From: Candidatus Heimdallarchaeota archaeon | GTDB taxonomy: Archaea; Asgardarchaeota; Heimdallarchaeia; JABLTI01 | DNA: 50,824 nucleotides | Direction of reading: 5' to 3' | Assembly: GCA_019056785.1 (NCBI GenBank) | Contig: DXJV01000078.1 | Location: 1 to 50,824, forward strand | Part shown: positions 38,273 through 47,432 of the stretch, piece after piece | Position numbering within the stretch: the stretch's first letter is position 1 | How the letters are laid out: each line of letters opens with the position of its first letter | Notes under the pieces: generated by a model | The model's input: the letters and a program-made list of their open reading frames with translations, nothing else | Told to the model about the DNA's origin: nothing | Database searches by the model: none | Program-made: the position numbers and the translations under genes

Positions 38273-39334
38273 TCATTTTTTCGAAAAAAAGAAGGCATCA
38301 AGAGTTGGTTGTTGTTTTCGTTCCTCAATAGTCTTGATCGTTTTTTCTAAAGCATTTCGTACTCTCGTTTCGCTAAAACCTCTTTGTCCACAGAGAAAAT
38401 CAACTATTCCTTCGATATCGGGTGTGTGCCATTCCAATAGATAATCAGTTGAAACTTTGGGTTTGAGAAACAAGTTGCGTATGGTTTGAAAGTCCAAATC
38501 TTTTTGAGCTGCACTCATTGAAGGCAATTCGAGTATTTTTTCGATGGTTTTATGTTCCTTTATCAATTTTAATGCGGTTTTTGGCCCTATGCCTGAGACA
38601 CCTATGCCATCAGGATTAAAGTCTGTCCCTAAGAGGATAGCAAGATCGACGAGTTGTTCCCTTGTAATTTCCAGAGCGTTAAGCGACTGTGCAAGGTCGA
38701 TTAGTTCTGGTTTGACTTCAATATAGACGTTTTTACGGGGGAGTTTGCGTTTTCCTGAGACCGTTAGATTCCTGACGAGTTTTGGTGCACCAAAAAGAAG
38801 GCTGTCATAATCTTGAGAGCAGCTTGCCCATACATCGCCTTTATTTGCCATAAATGCTGCTTGCCCTTCTCCTTCCATGGGTGCTTGAATGATAGGAATA
38901 CCCATCAAGATAAGGAATTTTACAGCATCTTCAATCATTGGTGACGTTAATCTTGCGGTTCTTTGAGCATAGCGTTGAGCTAATTCCATGTCCCCACGTT
39001 CTAAAGCTTCAACATATGCAATCTCAGCTTCTTTTTTGACTTTTTTACGGCGAACTAATTCTTTCATCTTTTCCTCTGGTGGTTGCCCATCAAAAATGAA
39101 CACAGCTTTAATTCCTTTCTCAACAATACGTGTCAAACGATAAAGTAAACCAGAGAGATGGCTTGTAACATTACCATTCTCATCGGTTAATAAGCTCCCA
39201 TCAGATTGTCTGATTCGTGTCAAGAATTGATATAGAATGTTGTTACCATCAAAGGCAATGGCTTTCTCGTGCAAATCATCGAAGGTAATTTCCTCTCTAT
39301 CTGGGAAAAGATCTCCAAGTTTGGTCACACCCAT
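38273..39334 (-). CDS. fen: Flap endonuclease 1
   Basis: MGV, AFDGNN.LYQFL, TSHLSG, FDG.PP, APMEGEGQ, SQDYDSLLFG, GTDFN, GIGPKTA, PIP box QPTLDAFF. Confidence 0.97.
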   Translation of the reverse strand: MGVTKLGDLFPDREEITFDDLHEKAIAFDGNNILYQFLTRIRQSDGSLLTDENGNVTSHLSGLLYRLTRIVEKGIKAVFIFDGQPPEEKMKELVRRKKVKKEAEIAYVEALERGDMELAQRYAQRTARLTSPMIEDAVKFLILMGIPIIQAPMEGEGQAAFMANKGDVWASCSQDYDSLLFGAPKLVRNLTVSGKRKLPRKNVYIEVKPELIDLAQSLNALEITREQLVDLAILLGTDFNPDGIGVSGIGPKTALKLIKEHKTIEKILELPSMSAAQKDLDFQTIRNLFLKPKVSTDYLLEWHTPDIEGIVDFLCGQRGFSETRVRNALEKTIKTIEERKQQPTLDAFFFSKK

Positions 39335-39476
39335 TAGGACGTTTCCTCCATCATTAGCTATCTTTAGCTGCTTCGAAAACTATTAATCTTTCTAAGTCTT
39401 TTGACCGAAATGCAAACTCCTGAAAATAGTTTTTTAATTAATGACTTTACTTAGCTAGAGTATTCATAAGATTGGG

Positions 39477-39800
39477 TTGGCGAAAATGACTGTAATCCAT
39501 AAACTTGTCCGAGACCAGATCCCGGAGATTATCAAGGCTGAGGGGCGTAAAGTAAAGGTGTCAATAATTGAAGACGATAATGCGTTTCTTCAAGCTCTGA
39601 GTGAAAAATTAATTGAAGAAGCAAAAGAATTTCAGGAGAGTAAGAAAATCGAAGAATTGGCCGATATCCTTGAAATCATCCTGGCAATCCTGGACCTAAA
39701 AGGTCTCTCGATGCCTGCTCTTGAATCCCTCCGCAAACAAAAACGAGCCTTACGTGGTGCTTTTTCTCGGCGCTTTTATTTAGAGACCACCTCTCCTTGA
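39477..39800 (+). CDS. MazG-like nucleoside triphosphate pyrophosphohydrolase
   Basis: KLVRDQIPEII, KLIEEA.E, EELADILE, KR..RGAF. Confidence 0.88.
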   Translation: MAKMTVIHKLVRDQIPEIIKAEGRKVKVSIIEDDNAFLQALSEKLIEEAKEFQESKKIEELADILEIILAILDLKGLSMPALESLRKQKRALRGAFSRRFYLETTSP

Positions 39801-39952
39801 CACTTTCAATTTTTTTGCTTTTCATAATAGTTTAAGTTATCTCTCCTAACCTCTTGGTTTTTTGATGAGATTGTATATTGCTGTTATCCCTCAAATCAAA
39901 GTACTCTACCGCTACAGCAAGGAATCTGCTGCTTGAGTTTCTACCGGAGATT

Positions 39953-40309
39953 TTACAATGGCCCTTCAAAAACATTGGAATGCGTTTGTAACTCTTCGAG
40001 AAAATCCCTTAAATAACGATTCACTTTCACTTGGAACTGTTGCCAACTTAAGCCCTCATCATGCGGGACGTCTTCCCAAGAGATCACATATTGAATTGTT
40101 TCAGGTCGATGTTCTGCTTTGAAATTGTACAATCGCATATTTACTGCCTTTAATAGTCGCTTGTCGTCGAGAAAACAACTGGAGAAATACTCTAAAGAAT
40201 AGGCCACTAATTGACTATTTCGTACTTTCTCCAAGAACGCAGCTTTACCATCCATCACTCGTTGTGTCTGTCTTGAATACGCCTTCGAGAATTCCACAAT
40301 AGTTGTCAC
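39953..40309 (-). CDS. Hypothetical protein
   Basis: 118-aa ORF, GTG start with AGGTGA upstream. Confidence 0.6.
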   Translation of the reverse strand: MTTIVEFSKAYSRQTQRVMDGKAAFLEKVRNSQLVAYSLEYFSSCFLDDKRLLKAVNMRLYNFKAEHRPETIQYVISWEDVPHDEGLSWQQFQVKVNRYLRDFLEELQTHSNVFEGPL

Positions 40310-40351
40310 TTATTTCACCTGCTCTTATCATCTGTCTGGTTTCAGCTAAGT

Positions 40352-40378
40352 CCCCCTCCCCTTGATTTCCACTGGAAC
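40352..40378 (-). promoter_or_regulatory. ORB-like (Orc1/Cdc6 origin recognition box) sequence with G-string
   Basis: Minus strand reads GTTCCAGTGGAAATCAAGGGGAGGGGG; an AT-rich tract follows at 40430-40570. Confidence 0.55.
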
Positions 40379-40576
40379 TTTCATTCAGGGGAGAGCGGAC
40401 GCTACTACCAGCTAGACCTATATTCGTTACTAATAATGTATAACTAATCATCTATAAAGTTTTTGGTTCATCTAAACAATTAGGGTAATATCTAAATATT
40501 ACACAGATAGTCTATACTTTTAAATATGTGATTCATAGAACGTATATTCAACAAAACAAATATGGTGTGAGAAAAA

Positions 40577-40885
40577 ATGATCACAATACAAGAAACCCAA
40601 GAAAAACTCTTGGACCTGATAAATTCCCGCTTATCTGTAAGACAGCTAAGTACGCCCGGAGTGAACAATCCTTTACGAATGCTTGGTGAAAAAATGCTCA
40701 ATATGTTTGCCGGACAAATGATCAATGATTCAATCTTAGCAGAACAAAAAGAGGATATCAAAGAAGAACTTCTTGAAACTGTAATGAGCTCCCTTGCTTT
40801 GGCAGGATTACTGGGAATTGATCTCGAGCGTGAATTATTAGATGCCATAGCTTTACTCGAGCAAGTGACCGCTGAAGGCGCTTAA
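40577..40885 (+). CDS. Small helical protein, degenerate MazG-like fold
   Basis: MTI.E.Q-like start and IKEELLETV...LALAGLLGIDLE resemble MazG, but the EE..E/EELAD acidic set is incomplete. Confidence 0.55.
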   Translation: MITIQETQEKLLDLINSRLSVRQLSTPGVNNPLRMLGEKMLNMFAGQMINDSILAEQKEDIKEELLETVMSSLALAGLLGIDLERELLDAIALLEQVTAEGA

Positions 40886-41108
40886 GCAATTAACATCTTG
40901 TTTTGCCTTTAGCTCAGGTCATTTCTTTCTTCAGATAGTTATGTGACTTTTTGGCCGGGCTCTCCCTCGGAGTTTTTTGAACGGGTGGTAGTGTTTTTTA
41001 TGCAACAAAAAGCTTTTAGAATTTGGAAACAATACTAAATACTACTTAAGAGTTTAAACCTTTCATAGTAAATAATTTGATAGAATAAAGTGGTTATTGT
41101 GAGTTATC

Positions 41109-42605
41109 ATGTCTGAAGATATTAACGTTCCAATACGAATGCTTGTTTTTACTTCCCCTGATTGTTATGCCTGCCCGAATGTCGAACGTATCGTTCATAA
41201 GCTGGTTGGAACCTATTATTCGGATATGTGTCACATAAGTACTGTTAATGTTTTAGAAAACCCCAAGATAGCCGAAAAATACCATGTGATGCATCTCCCA
41301 ACTGTTATGATAGATGACGAAATTGTTCTTCAAGGATTGGTCACAGAAAGTGATATTCGAGATCTTTTATGGCAACGTGTGACCGGCTCCATCATGAGCC
41401 GTGTGAAAACATTTGACACTCGCAAAGAGACGCTCTTAACTATCAGTAAAAACAGCTTCGATTCAATTATGAATGAGGAATTCATTCGCCCCAATATTGG
41501 AGATTACATTCATGTTGGGGTCATGCAACAGATGATGGTCTCTCTAATTGCCCTTGACAGCCTTGTGCCCCACCTGCTCTACCAGGCTGGGCGTGATGTG
41601 GGGCTCTATGGTGTGGGAACTTACCTTATGATAACCCTTAACCCAAATATTGGCACAGAATTTCGAGCAAAGGAACGTTTTGAAGAAGTAATAAAAGGGT
41701 TGGTGAAATATTTCTCAGACAATGAAAGCATTAACATACCAATGAAATTGGCCGAGTCAGCAGAGATCATCAAAATCGAAAATGACTTGGCAGTTTTACG
41801 TATTTATGGTCTTGCCAGTGCTTGTGGTGCACCTTTTGTCGGTGAACCATTGTGCCATTTTTCAGCTGGGGAAATGGCTGGTTTGATCGAAGCCTTGACT
41901 GGCCGGAATGCTGTTGTTCATGAAACAAAATGCATCGGAACTGGGCATGAATTTTGCGAGTTTGAAATTCAAGTCTCAGATGAACGTATCACTCGCAATA
42001 TTGCAGAATACCAAGAACAATATGTTATCGAAGACCGTAACCAGCACTTTCAAGGGATCCTTCATGACATTTCCACACGCTTACATGAATCCTTCATTAG
42101 TCCGAAGGATGTTTTTAATCGCGGTAATATTGGCAATGAGGTGCATTTCACCAAGTTGCAACAAGCTATTGTTAATTTAAAGATGACAGATCCCTTCTCC
42201 GGATCCCTTCTCTATGCAGCAGGGATGCAATTAGGGATTTTCGGCCCCGGTCGGGATATTCTTCAACGATACCTTGAAGATGAGAATTATTCTTGGCCCT
42301 TAAATCTCAAACAAACCCTCTATGTGCTCAATAAATTCTTCCATTTCGGTATGATTCAAGCGGCAAAAGAGCGCGCAGATGTTGCTATCATTGAAGAAGG
42401 TGATGAGCTTAAAATTCGCGTATTTGAATGTGCAATGTCTTCAGGGGCGAAAAATTCAGGGACAACTTTCTGTGACTTTATGGCTGGCTATTTAGCTGGT
42501 CGCATCCAAATTCTCACCAGCCGAGATTGCGTTGTCACGGAAACAAAATGCCATGGGTTAGGAGACAAATATTGCGAGTTTGAGATTTCGTTTGTCGATG
42601 AATAG
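41109..42605 (+). CDS. Thioredoxin-fold plus tandem V4R domain protein
   Basis: FTSPDCYACP and LPTV thioredoxin motifs; two V4R repeats (C..LCHFSAG..ETKC..G..CEF and C..FCDFMAG..ETKC..G..CEF). Confidence 0.85.
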   Translation: MSEDINVPIRMLVFTSPDCYACPNVERIVHKLVGTYYSDMCHISTVNVLENPKIAEKYHVMHLPTVMIDDEIVLQGLVTESDIRDLLWQRVTGSIMSRVKTFDTRKETLLTISKNSFDSIMNEEFIRPNIGDYIHVGVMQQMMVSLIALDSLVPHLLYQAGRDVGLYGVGTYLMITLNPNIGTEFRAKERFEEVIKGLVKYFSDNESINIPMKLAESAEIIKIENDLAVLRIYGLASACGAPFVGEPLCHFSAGEMAGLIEALTGRNAVVHETKCIGTGHEFCEFEIQVSDERITRNIAEYQEQYVIEDRNQHFQGILHDISTRLHESFISPKDVFNRGNIGNEVHFTKLQQAIVNLKMTDPFSGSLLYAAGMQLGIFGPGRDILQRYLEDENYSWPLNLKQTLYVLNKFFHFGMIQAAKERADVAIIEEGDELKIRVFECAMSSGAKNSGTTFCDFMAGYLAGRIQILTSRDCVVTETKCHGLGDKYCEFEISFVDE

Positions 42606-42667
42606 CTCTCGTAGAAAACAAAGAAGAAAGGTGCATTAACATTTCCTCCAAAAATAAGAAGACAAAA

Positions 42668-43117
42668 GTGGTTGTAGGGACGAAAGCGCCCCTATTTTCC
42701 CTTCCAAATCAAGACGGAAAGGAAATTAGCTTGAAGAAATTCCTGAAAAAGAAGATAATCGTTCTTTTCTTTTATCCCAAAGATGAGAGCCCCGGTTGCA
42801 CAACTGAGGTTTGCAGTTTCCGCGATCGATATGAATTATTTACCAAAGTAGGTGCAGAGGTCATCGGCATTAGTGGCGATTCTCTCGCAGCTCATCAACG
42901 ATTTGCAGCTAAACATAACCTGCCATTCCTCCTTTTAAGTGATAAGGACAACACCGTTCGCAAGTTGTATGGCGTTCGTGCCACCCTGGGACTAATTCCG
43001 GGAAGGGCAACATTTATTATTGACAAAAAGGGTATTATTCGGCATATCTTCGTTTCACAGTTTAACCCGAAAAAACATGTGGACGAAGCATTAAGGATCA
43101 TTGCAGAGCTTAAATAA
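42668..43117 (+). CDS. bcp: Peroxiredoxin BCP/PrxQ
   Basis: FFYPKDESPGCTTEVC, LLSD, RATFIIDKKG. Confidence 0.93.
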   Translation: MVVGTKAPLFSLPNQDGKEISLKKFLKKKIIVLFFYPKDESPGCTTEVCSFRDRYELFTKVGAEVIGISGDSLAAHQRFAAKHNLPFLLLSDKDNTVRKLYGVRATLGLIPGRATFIIDKKGIIRHIFVSQFNPKKHVDEALRIIAELK

Positions 43118-43227
43118 GAAAAAGAATAAATAGTCCCTAAATAGTATAATAAATGATTTAAAATATCCTTTCAAGAAACAAAAGCGAATATTTAAAACTT
43201 GAGAGGATAGTCACATAAAAACCAAGG

Positions 43228-43875
43228 ATGAAAAAATTGATGTTAGCTAAAGGCTCCGAACCAATTATTTTAATCTCTTTACTCTTCTTTGCTACATCAA
43301 TGATTTTTGTACCATTATCGTGGTTTTTGCTCATTCCTGTTGCTGCTTTTGGGATATTGCTTGGCTTTAGCCTGTTCTTTTTCAGAGACCCAGAACGCAT
43401 TGCCCCGGAAGAAGAAGGTGTAATGGTCGCTCCCGTTGATGGTCGCATTGTAGCTATAGATGAACTGGATAACGGCAACTACCGCATTCAAATCCAAATA
43501 TCCATTTTTAATGTTCATATTAATCGTACGCCCTTAAGTGGAACAGTTATTAATGTGCAAAAGCAGCATGGTGCTTTCTGGCCTGTGTGGTATAAACGGA
43601 AATATGAAGATAAAAATGCTCGGCAACATGTCGACTTGAAAACTGATGAAGGGTTCGAAATGCGAGTCACTCAAATCTCCGGGATTGTTGCTTGGCGATG
43701 TGTGAGCTATGTCTCACCAGGAACCCACTTAGAACGCAATCAGCGGTTTGGCTTAATCCGTTTTGGATCTGCGATGCGTGTTGAATTTCCCAAAAGTTCC
43801 GGCTATAAACCTGTAGTGAAGTTAAACGATAAAATTAGATCTGGTGAAATGATCATTGCCAGGAAAGAGCAATAA
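43228..43875 (+). CDS. psd: Phosphatidyl/archaetidylserine decarboxylase proenzyme
   Basis: FFFRDPER, APVDG, NVHINRTP, KNAR, FGLIRFGS autocleavage motif. Confidence 0.92.
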   Translation: MKKLMLAKGSEPIILISLLFFATSMIFVPLSWFLLIPVAAFGILLGFSLFFFRDPERIAPEEEGVMVAPVDGRIVAIDELDNGNYRIQIQISIFNVHINRTPLSGTVINVQKQHGAFWPVWYKRKYEDKNARQHVDLKTDEGFEMRVTQISGIVAWRCVSYVSPGTHLERNQRFGLIRFGSAMRVEFPKSSGYKPVVKLNDKIRSGEMIIARKEQ

Positions 43876-43882
43876 TACAGAA

Positions 43883-44770
43883 ATGTTGCACCAAGAACCT
43901 ATTTCTAACGAAAAAGTTAACCAAGAAGAACAGCAAGAACGTGGCGAGCAAACCCGGTCGTGGACCATACCTGAATTTTCTCCTGGTGTGCGACTTTTCT
44001 TTAAAATTCTCGCCAATTTCATAACAACATTGAATTTTGCTTCAGGAGTCATTGCTATCATTCTGGTTGCAATTGCCCCTCGAAACCCCATATATGCTCT
44101 TTGGGCTGCAAAATTAATCCTCCTCGGGATAATTTTCGACTTTTCAGATGGTATCCCGGCGCGCCTTGCCCAGAAAAAGCCGGGCTTCTTTGGTACGGTA
44201 GTGGATTCTGTCGCAGACACAATAACTTTTGGTCTTGCTCCGGCAGTAGTCATTGCACTAAGCCTGCCTATTTTAGGCACTTCTGGAAGTGCCCTAGCTC
44301 TTGCAATTGTGACTGTTATTGTTGGTTGCTATTTTGCTTTTTGCACCATTTTTCGATTAGTAAGGTTCACTAAATCACCGAGTAAAAAGTGGTTTCATGG
44401 TATCCCCGCCCCTGGAGCCGGGAGTGCGGCAGCAAGCTATATTATCATTAAGCTTTACCTCGAGGAACAGCTGGGACTAGTGGATACTATTGCAATTCCT
44501 GCTGTAGGCCTAATTTTTATGGTCATAACAGCAACACTAATGATCATTCGAACCAAATATCCTACAACAAAACTACGGAAAAATGCGCTGGAAATTTTCC
44601 TCTTAGGGTTGGCTGCAGTAACTATTGTTACAGTGGTGGCTATGCCGTTCCAGTTTATTATTTATCCTGCAGGATTAATGGCTGCTTTAACTGTTTTCTA
44701 TATTTCTTATGGGCCATTTTATATGATTAAGCATATGATGGAACGCGCCAAAGAAGTAGAGGACTATTAA
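43883..44770 (+). CDS. pssA: CDP-alcohol phosphatidyltransferase (archaetidyl/phosphatidylserine synthase)
   Basis: FDFSDG..AR....FG..VDS.AD.ITFG.AP signature, RL.RF, F.GIP.P; follows psd. Confidence 0.9.
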   Translation: MLHQEPISNEKVNQEEQQERGEQTRSWTIPEFSPGVRLFFKILANFITTLNFASGVIAIILVAIAPRNPIYALWAAKLILLGIIFDFSDGIPARLAQKKPGFFGTVVDSVADTITFGLAPAVVIALSLPILGTSGSALALAIVTVIVGCYFAFCTIFRLVRFTKSPSKKWFHGIPAPGAGSAAASYIIIKLYLEEQLGLVDTIAIPAVGLIFMVITATLMIIRTKYPTTKLRKNALEIFLLGLAAVTIVTVVAMPFQFIIYPAGLMAALTVFYISYGPFYMIKHMMERAKEVEDY

Positions 44771-44848
44771 TTGCCCCCATAACAAAGATTTTCAAATGGT
44801 TTCGGTTAAAATTAATGAGAAAAATTTCCAAAGGAGTTCTAAAGAAAG

Positions 44849-45622
44849 ATGGATTTTAAAAGAATACCCACAAAGTCTCCGATAGCGGAAGCATTTCAAG
44901 GTAAGTTTGTTTCGAGTGGGATAGCCGGTTTTGATGTTGCAATTGGTGGGAAAGGTGTCCCAGATGGCTCTTTAATTTTGTTATTAGGAGAACCTGGTTC
45001 AGGGCATGAGATCTTTGCCATGCAAATGTTGTATGCTCAAGCAAAAGCAGGCAAAAAAGTCTTTTATGTTTCTGTTGATAAGCCTCCATCAGAAATAGAT
45101 CTTGAGATGATGACATTTGGGTGGAATCTTGAAACTTTTAAATCATTAGGCACGTGGACATATGTAGATGCCTATGGGGCAAAATATGCTCAAGAAGATT
45201 CTTCACCGGTCATTGCCTGGGATAAAGGTTTGATAAATCTCTTAAGAACGAAATTTATTAATGCTGTTGCAAAAACCATTCAACCCTTCACGATCATTGA
45301 TTCTGTATCGCATCTCTTACTGGATTATGATGAAAACCAGGTGAGAGAGCTGATTGAGAATTTCACTACGAAAGTTGTACGAAAGACTGGTGGTGTTCAT
45401 CTCTTACTTATGGTTAAGGGAATGCATGACCCTAAAACAGAGGTCCTTTTCAGTCATATTGCTGATGGTGTTATAGACTTCTATTTGCGAGAGCGATCGG
45501 ACCAATTACAACGAACATTCCGCGTAAGAAAATTACGCAAGGCGATTTATGACACACGCCTTTATCCGGTTAACCTTGAAGAAGATGGTTTACAAATCGA
45601 AACTGCCAGAAGATTGGGGTAA
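44849..45622 (+). CDS. KaiC/RAD55-like RecA-fold protein with degenerate Walker A
   Basis: SGIAGFD..IGG.G.P, GEPGSGHE, IIDS, HIADGVI, RTFRVRKLR. Confidence 0.85.
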   Translation: MDFKRIPTKSPIAEAFQGKFVSSGIAGFDVAIGGKGVPDGSLILLLGEPGSGHEIFAMQMLYAQAKAGKKVFYVSVDKPPSEIDLEMMTFGWNLETFKSLGTWTYVDAYGAKYAQEDSSPVIAWDKGLINLLRTKFINAVAKTIQPFTIIDSVSHLLLDYDENQVRELIENFTTKVVRKTGGVHLLLMVKGMHDPKTEVLFSHIADGVIDFYLRERSDQLQRTFRVRKLRKAIYDTRLYPVNLEEDGLQIETARRLG

Positions 45623-45759
45623 AAAACCCCCTTTGCACTTTCCTCTTTTTTTCTCTTTGTTTTTATTTGCCGTTAAGCTTTTATGTTGAAGTTAAAAATA
45701 ATAATCAAGTTTAATAAGAACACTCCTAATAACTAGTAGTTGAATATAGAGGTCGAACA

Positions 45760-47352
45760 TTGAGCGTAGACATCACTCCTTGGACAGAGTTATACCGCCC
45801 CAGTAATTTAGGGCAAGTTGTTGGAAATGCTGAAGCAGTAGAATCCCTTCGGAAATGGTTTGACTCTTGGTCAGTTAATGCGAAGCGGAAGGTGGCCCTC
45901 TTACATGGGCCGGCTGGAACGGGGAAAACCAGTAGTGTTATCGCACTGGCAAAAGAACGCTCATATGAACTTGTGGAAATGAATGCCAGTGATACCAGAA
46001 ACAAAAATTCTGTCTTGCGAATTGCCGGAAGCTCTGCTAAAGAGGGCACATTAACAGAAGGTGCTCGAGGGAAACGCATCCTGTTAATTGATGAAGTTGA
46101 TGGCTTGGCTGGGCGGGAGGATCGTGGTGGTGTTCAATCATTAATTACAGTAATAAAAGAAGCATCAATCCCCATAATCTGTACGGCAAACGATGCTTAT
46201 AGTAGCAAGTTAACCCCATTGCGCAAATTGGCGAAAGTTATCGCTTATCGACCATTACCAACAGAGGACATTTTGAAAGTTTTGAAATCCATTTGTTACA
46301 AACAAAAAGTTCAACTGGATGTTGAGGACCTTATCTTCATTGCTGAAAACGCCGAGGGGGATTTACGAAGTGCCATCAATGACTTACAAGGAACAGTTCT
46401 CCAATTAAAGAAAGGGCAAGTAACAACAATTGAGCTGTTGCGTCCGAATAGGGACAAAGCAAAGGATATTCAAGAGGTTCTTAAAGATCTTTTCATGGCA
46501 CAAACATTCCTTGAAGGGAAACGTGCAATAGATGGCGTCAATATGCCCTATGATGAATTACTTCTCTGGGTGTTTGAAAATGCTGAGAAACACACCTCTA
46601 CAAAGCAATTGGCAACAGTTTATACCACAATTGCTGATGCTGACAGATACCTTGGAAGAATCATTCGCCGGCAAAATTGGCGATTGTTGTCGTATTTTTT
46701 TGATTTGATCACTGGCGGGGTAAGTGTCACCGTTGATAACAAATCAAGGACAGTAAAACAATACACTTACCCACAAAAAATTGCTCTCTATGCTCAAACC
46801 CGTTTTTCTAGGGGGCTACGGGACTCCATTGCAACGCTCGTGGCAGAAAAAACCCATGTCTCAAAGCAAATCGCTAGAAATGACTATCTGTTCTTAGTGA
46901 AAGAAATTCTCAATGGAAAAGTTGGAGATGCTGCAAGCCTTGCCTACTGGTTAGAACTTGACAATAATCAATTAAAAACACTGGTAGAGGATAAAACAAA
47001 ACTAGCTCGAATTCAGAAAGTACTAAATGCTATGGAAGAAGAACGGATCAGGCGCCAAACATTGATGAGTGGTTTGCAACACTCGAGTTTTGATAGACCG
47101 GGAGAGGATTGGACAGACATCCTGATTAAATGGCAGCAAAAAAAGGAGAAGGAGTTAGAGGAAGAACGAAAACGAAAAGAAGAAGAAAAAAAGAAAAAAG
47201 CCGCTGCAAAAGCAGCCGCAAAAGCGGCGAAGAAAGCAAAAGCTAAAAGTGGTGCTAAAAAGTCAACTAAAAAAACCACACCGCCTAAATCATCATCCGA
47301 CGAAGAAAAGAAAGAAAAGAATCAAGTGTCGCTTGATCAATTTTTCAAATAA
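45760..47352 (+). CDS. rfcL: Replication factor C large subunit
   Basis: PWTELYRP, GPAGTGKT, EMNASD, DEVDG, GDLRSAINDLQ, Lys-rich tail with PIP box QVSLDQFF. Confidence 0.95.
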   Translation: MSVDITPWTELYRPSNLGQVVGNAEAVESLRKWFDSWSVNAKRKVALLHGPAGTGKTSSVIALAKERSYELVEMNASDTRNKNSVLRIAGSSAKEGTLTEGARGKRILLIDEVDGLAGREDRGGVQSLITVIKEASIPIICTANDAYSSKLTPLRKLAKVIAYRPLPTEDILKVLKSICYKQKVQLDVEDLIFIAENAEGDLRSAINDLQGTVLQLKKGQVTTIELLRPNRDKAKDIQEVLKDLFMAQTFLEGKRAIDGVNMPYDELLLWVFENAEKHTSTKQLATVYTTIADADRYLGRIIRRQNWRLLSYFFDLITGGVSVTVDNKSRTVKQYTYPQKIALYAQTRFSRGLRDSIATLVAEKTHVSKQIARNDYLFLVKEILNGKVGDAASLAYWLELDNNQLKTLVEDKTKLARIQKVLNAMEEERIRRQTLMSGLQHSSFDRPGEDWTDILIKWQQKKEKELEEERKRKEEEKKKKAAAKAAAKAAKKAKAKSGAKKSTKKTTPPKSSSDEEKKEKNQVSLDQFFK

Positions 47353-47432
47353 ACACTCCTCCCTCAGTGAATTAGCTCTTTTTATAAAAAAACTGTCGAG
47401 TTTCTTTTGAGCAACCAGTCGAAAAGAGGGAC

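Noticed and set aside
39937-39951. Second mini-ORB (CTCCGGTAGAAAC on the minus strand)
   Set aside because: Several mismatches and no G-string; could be chance.
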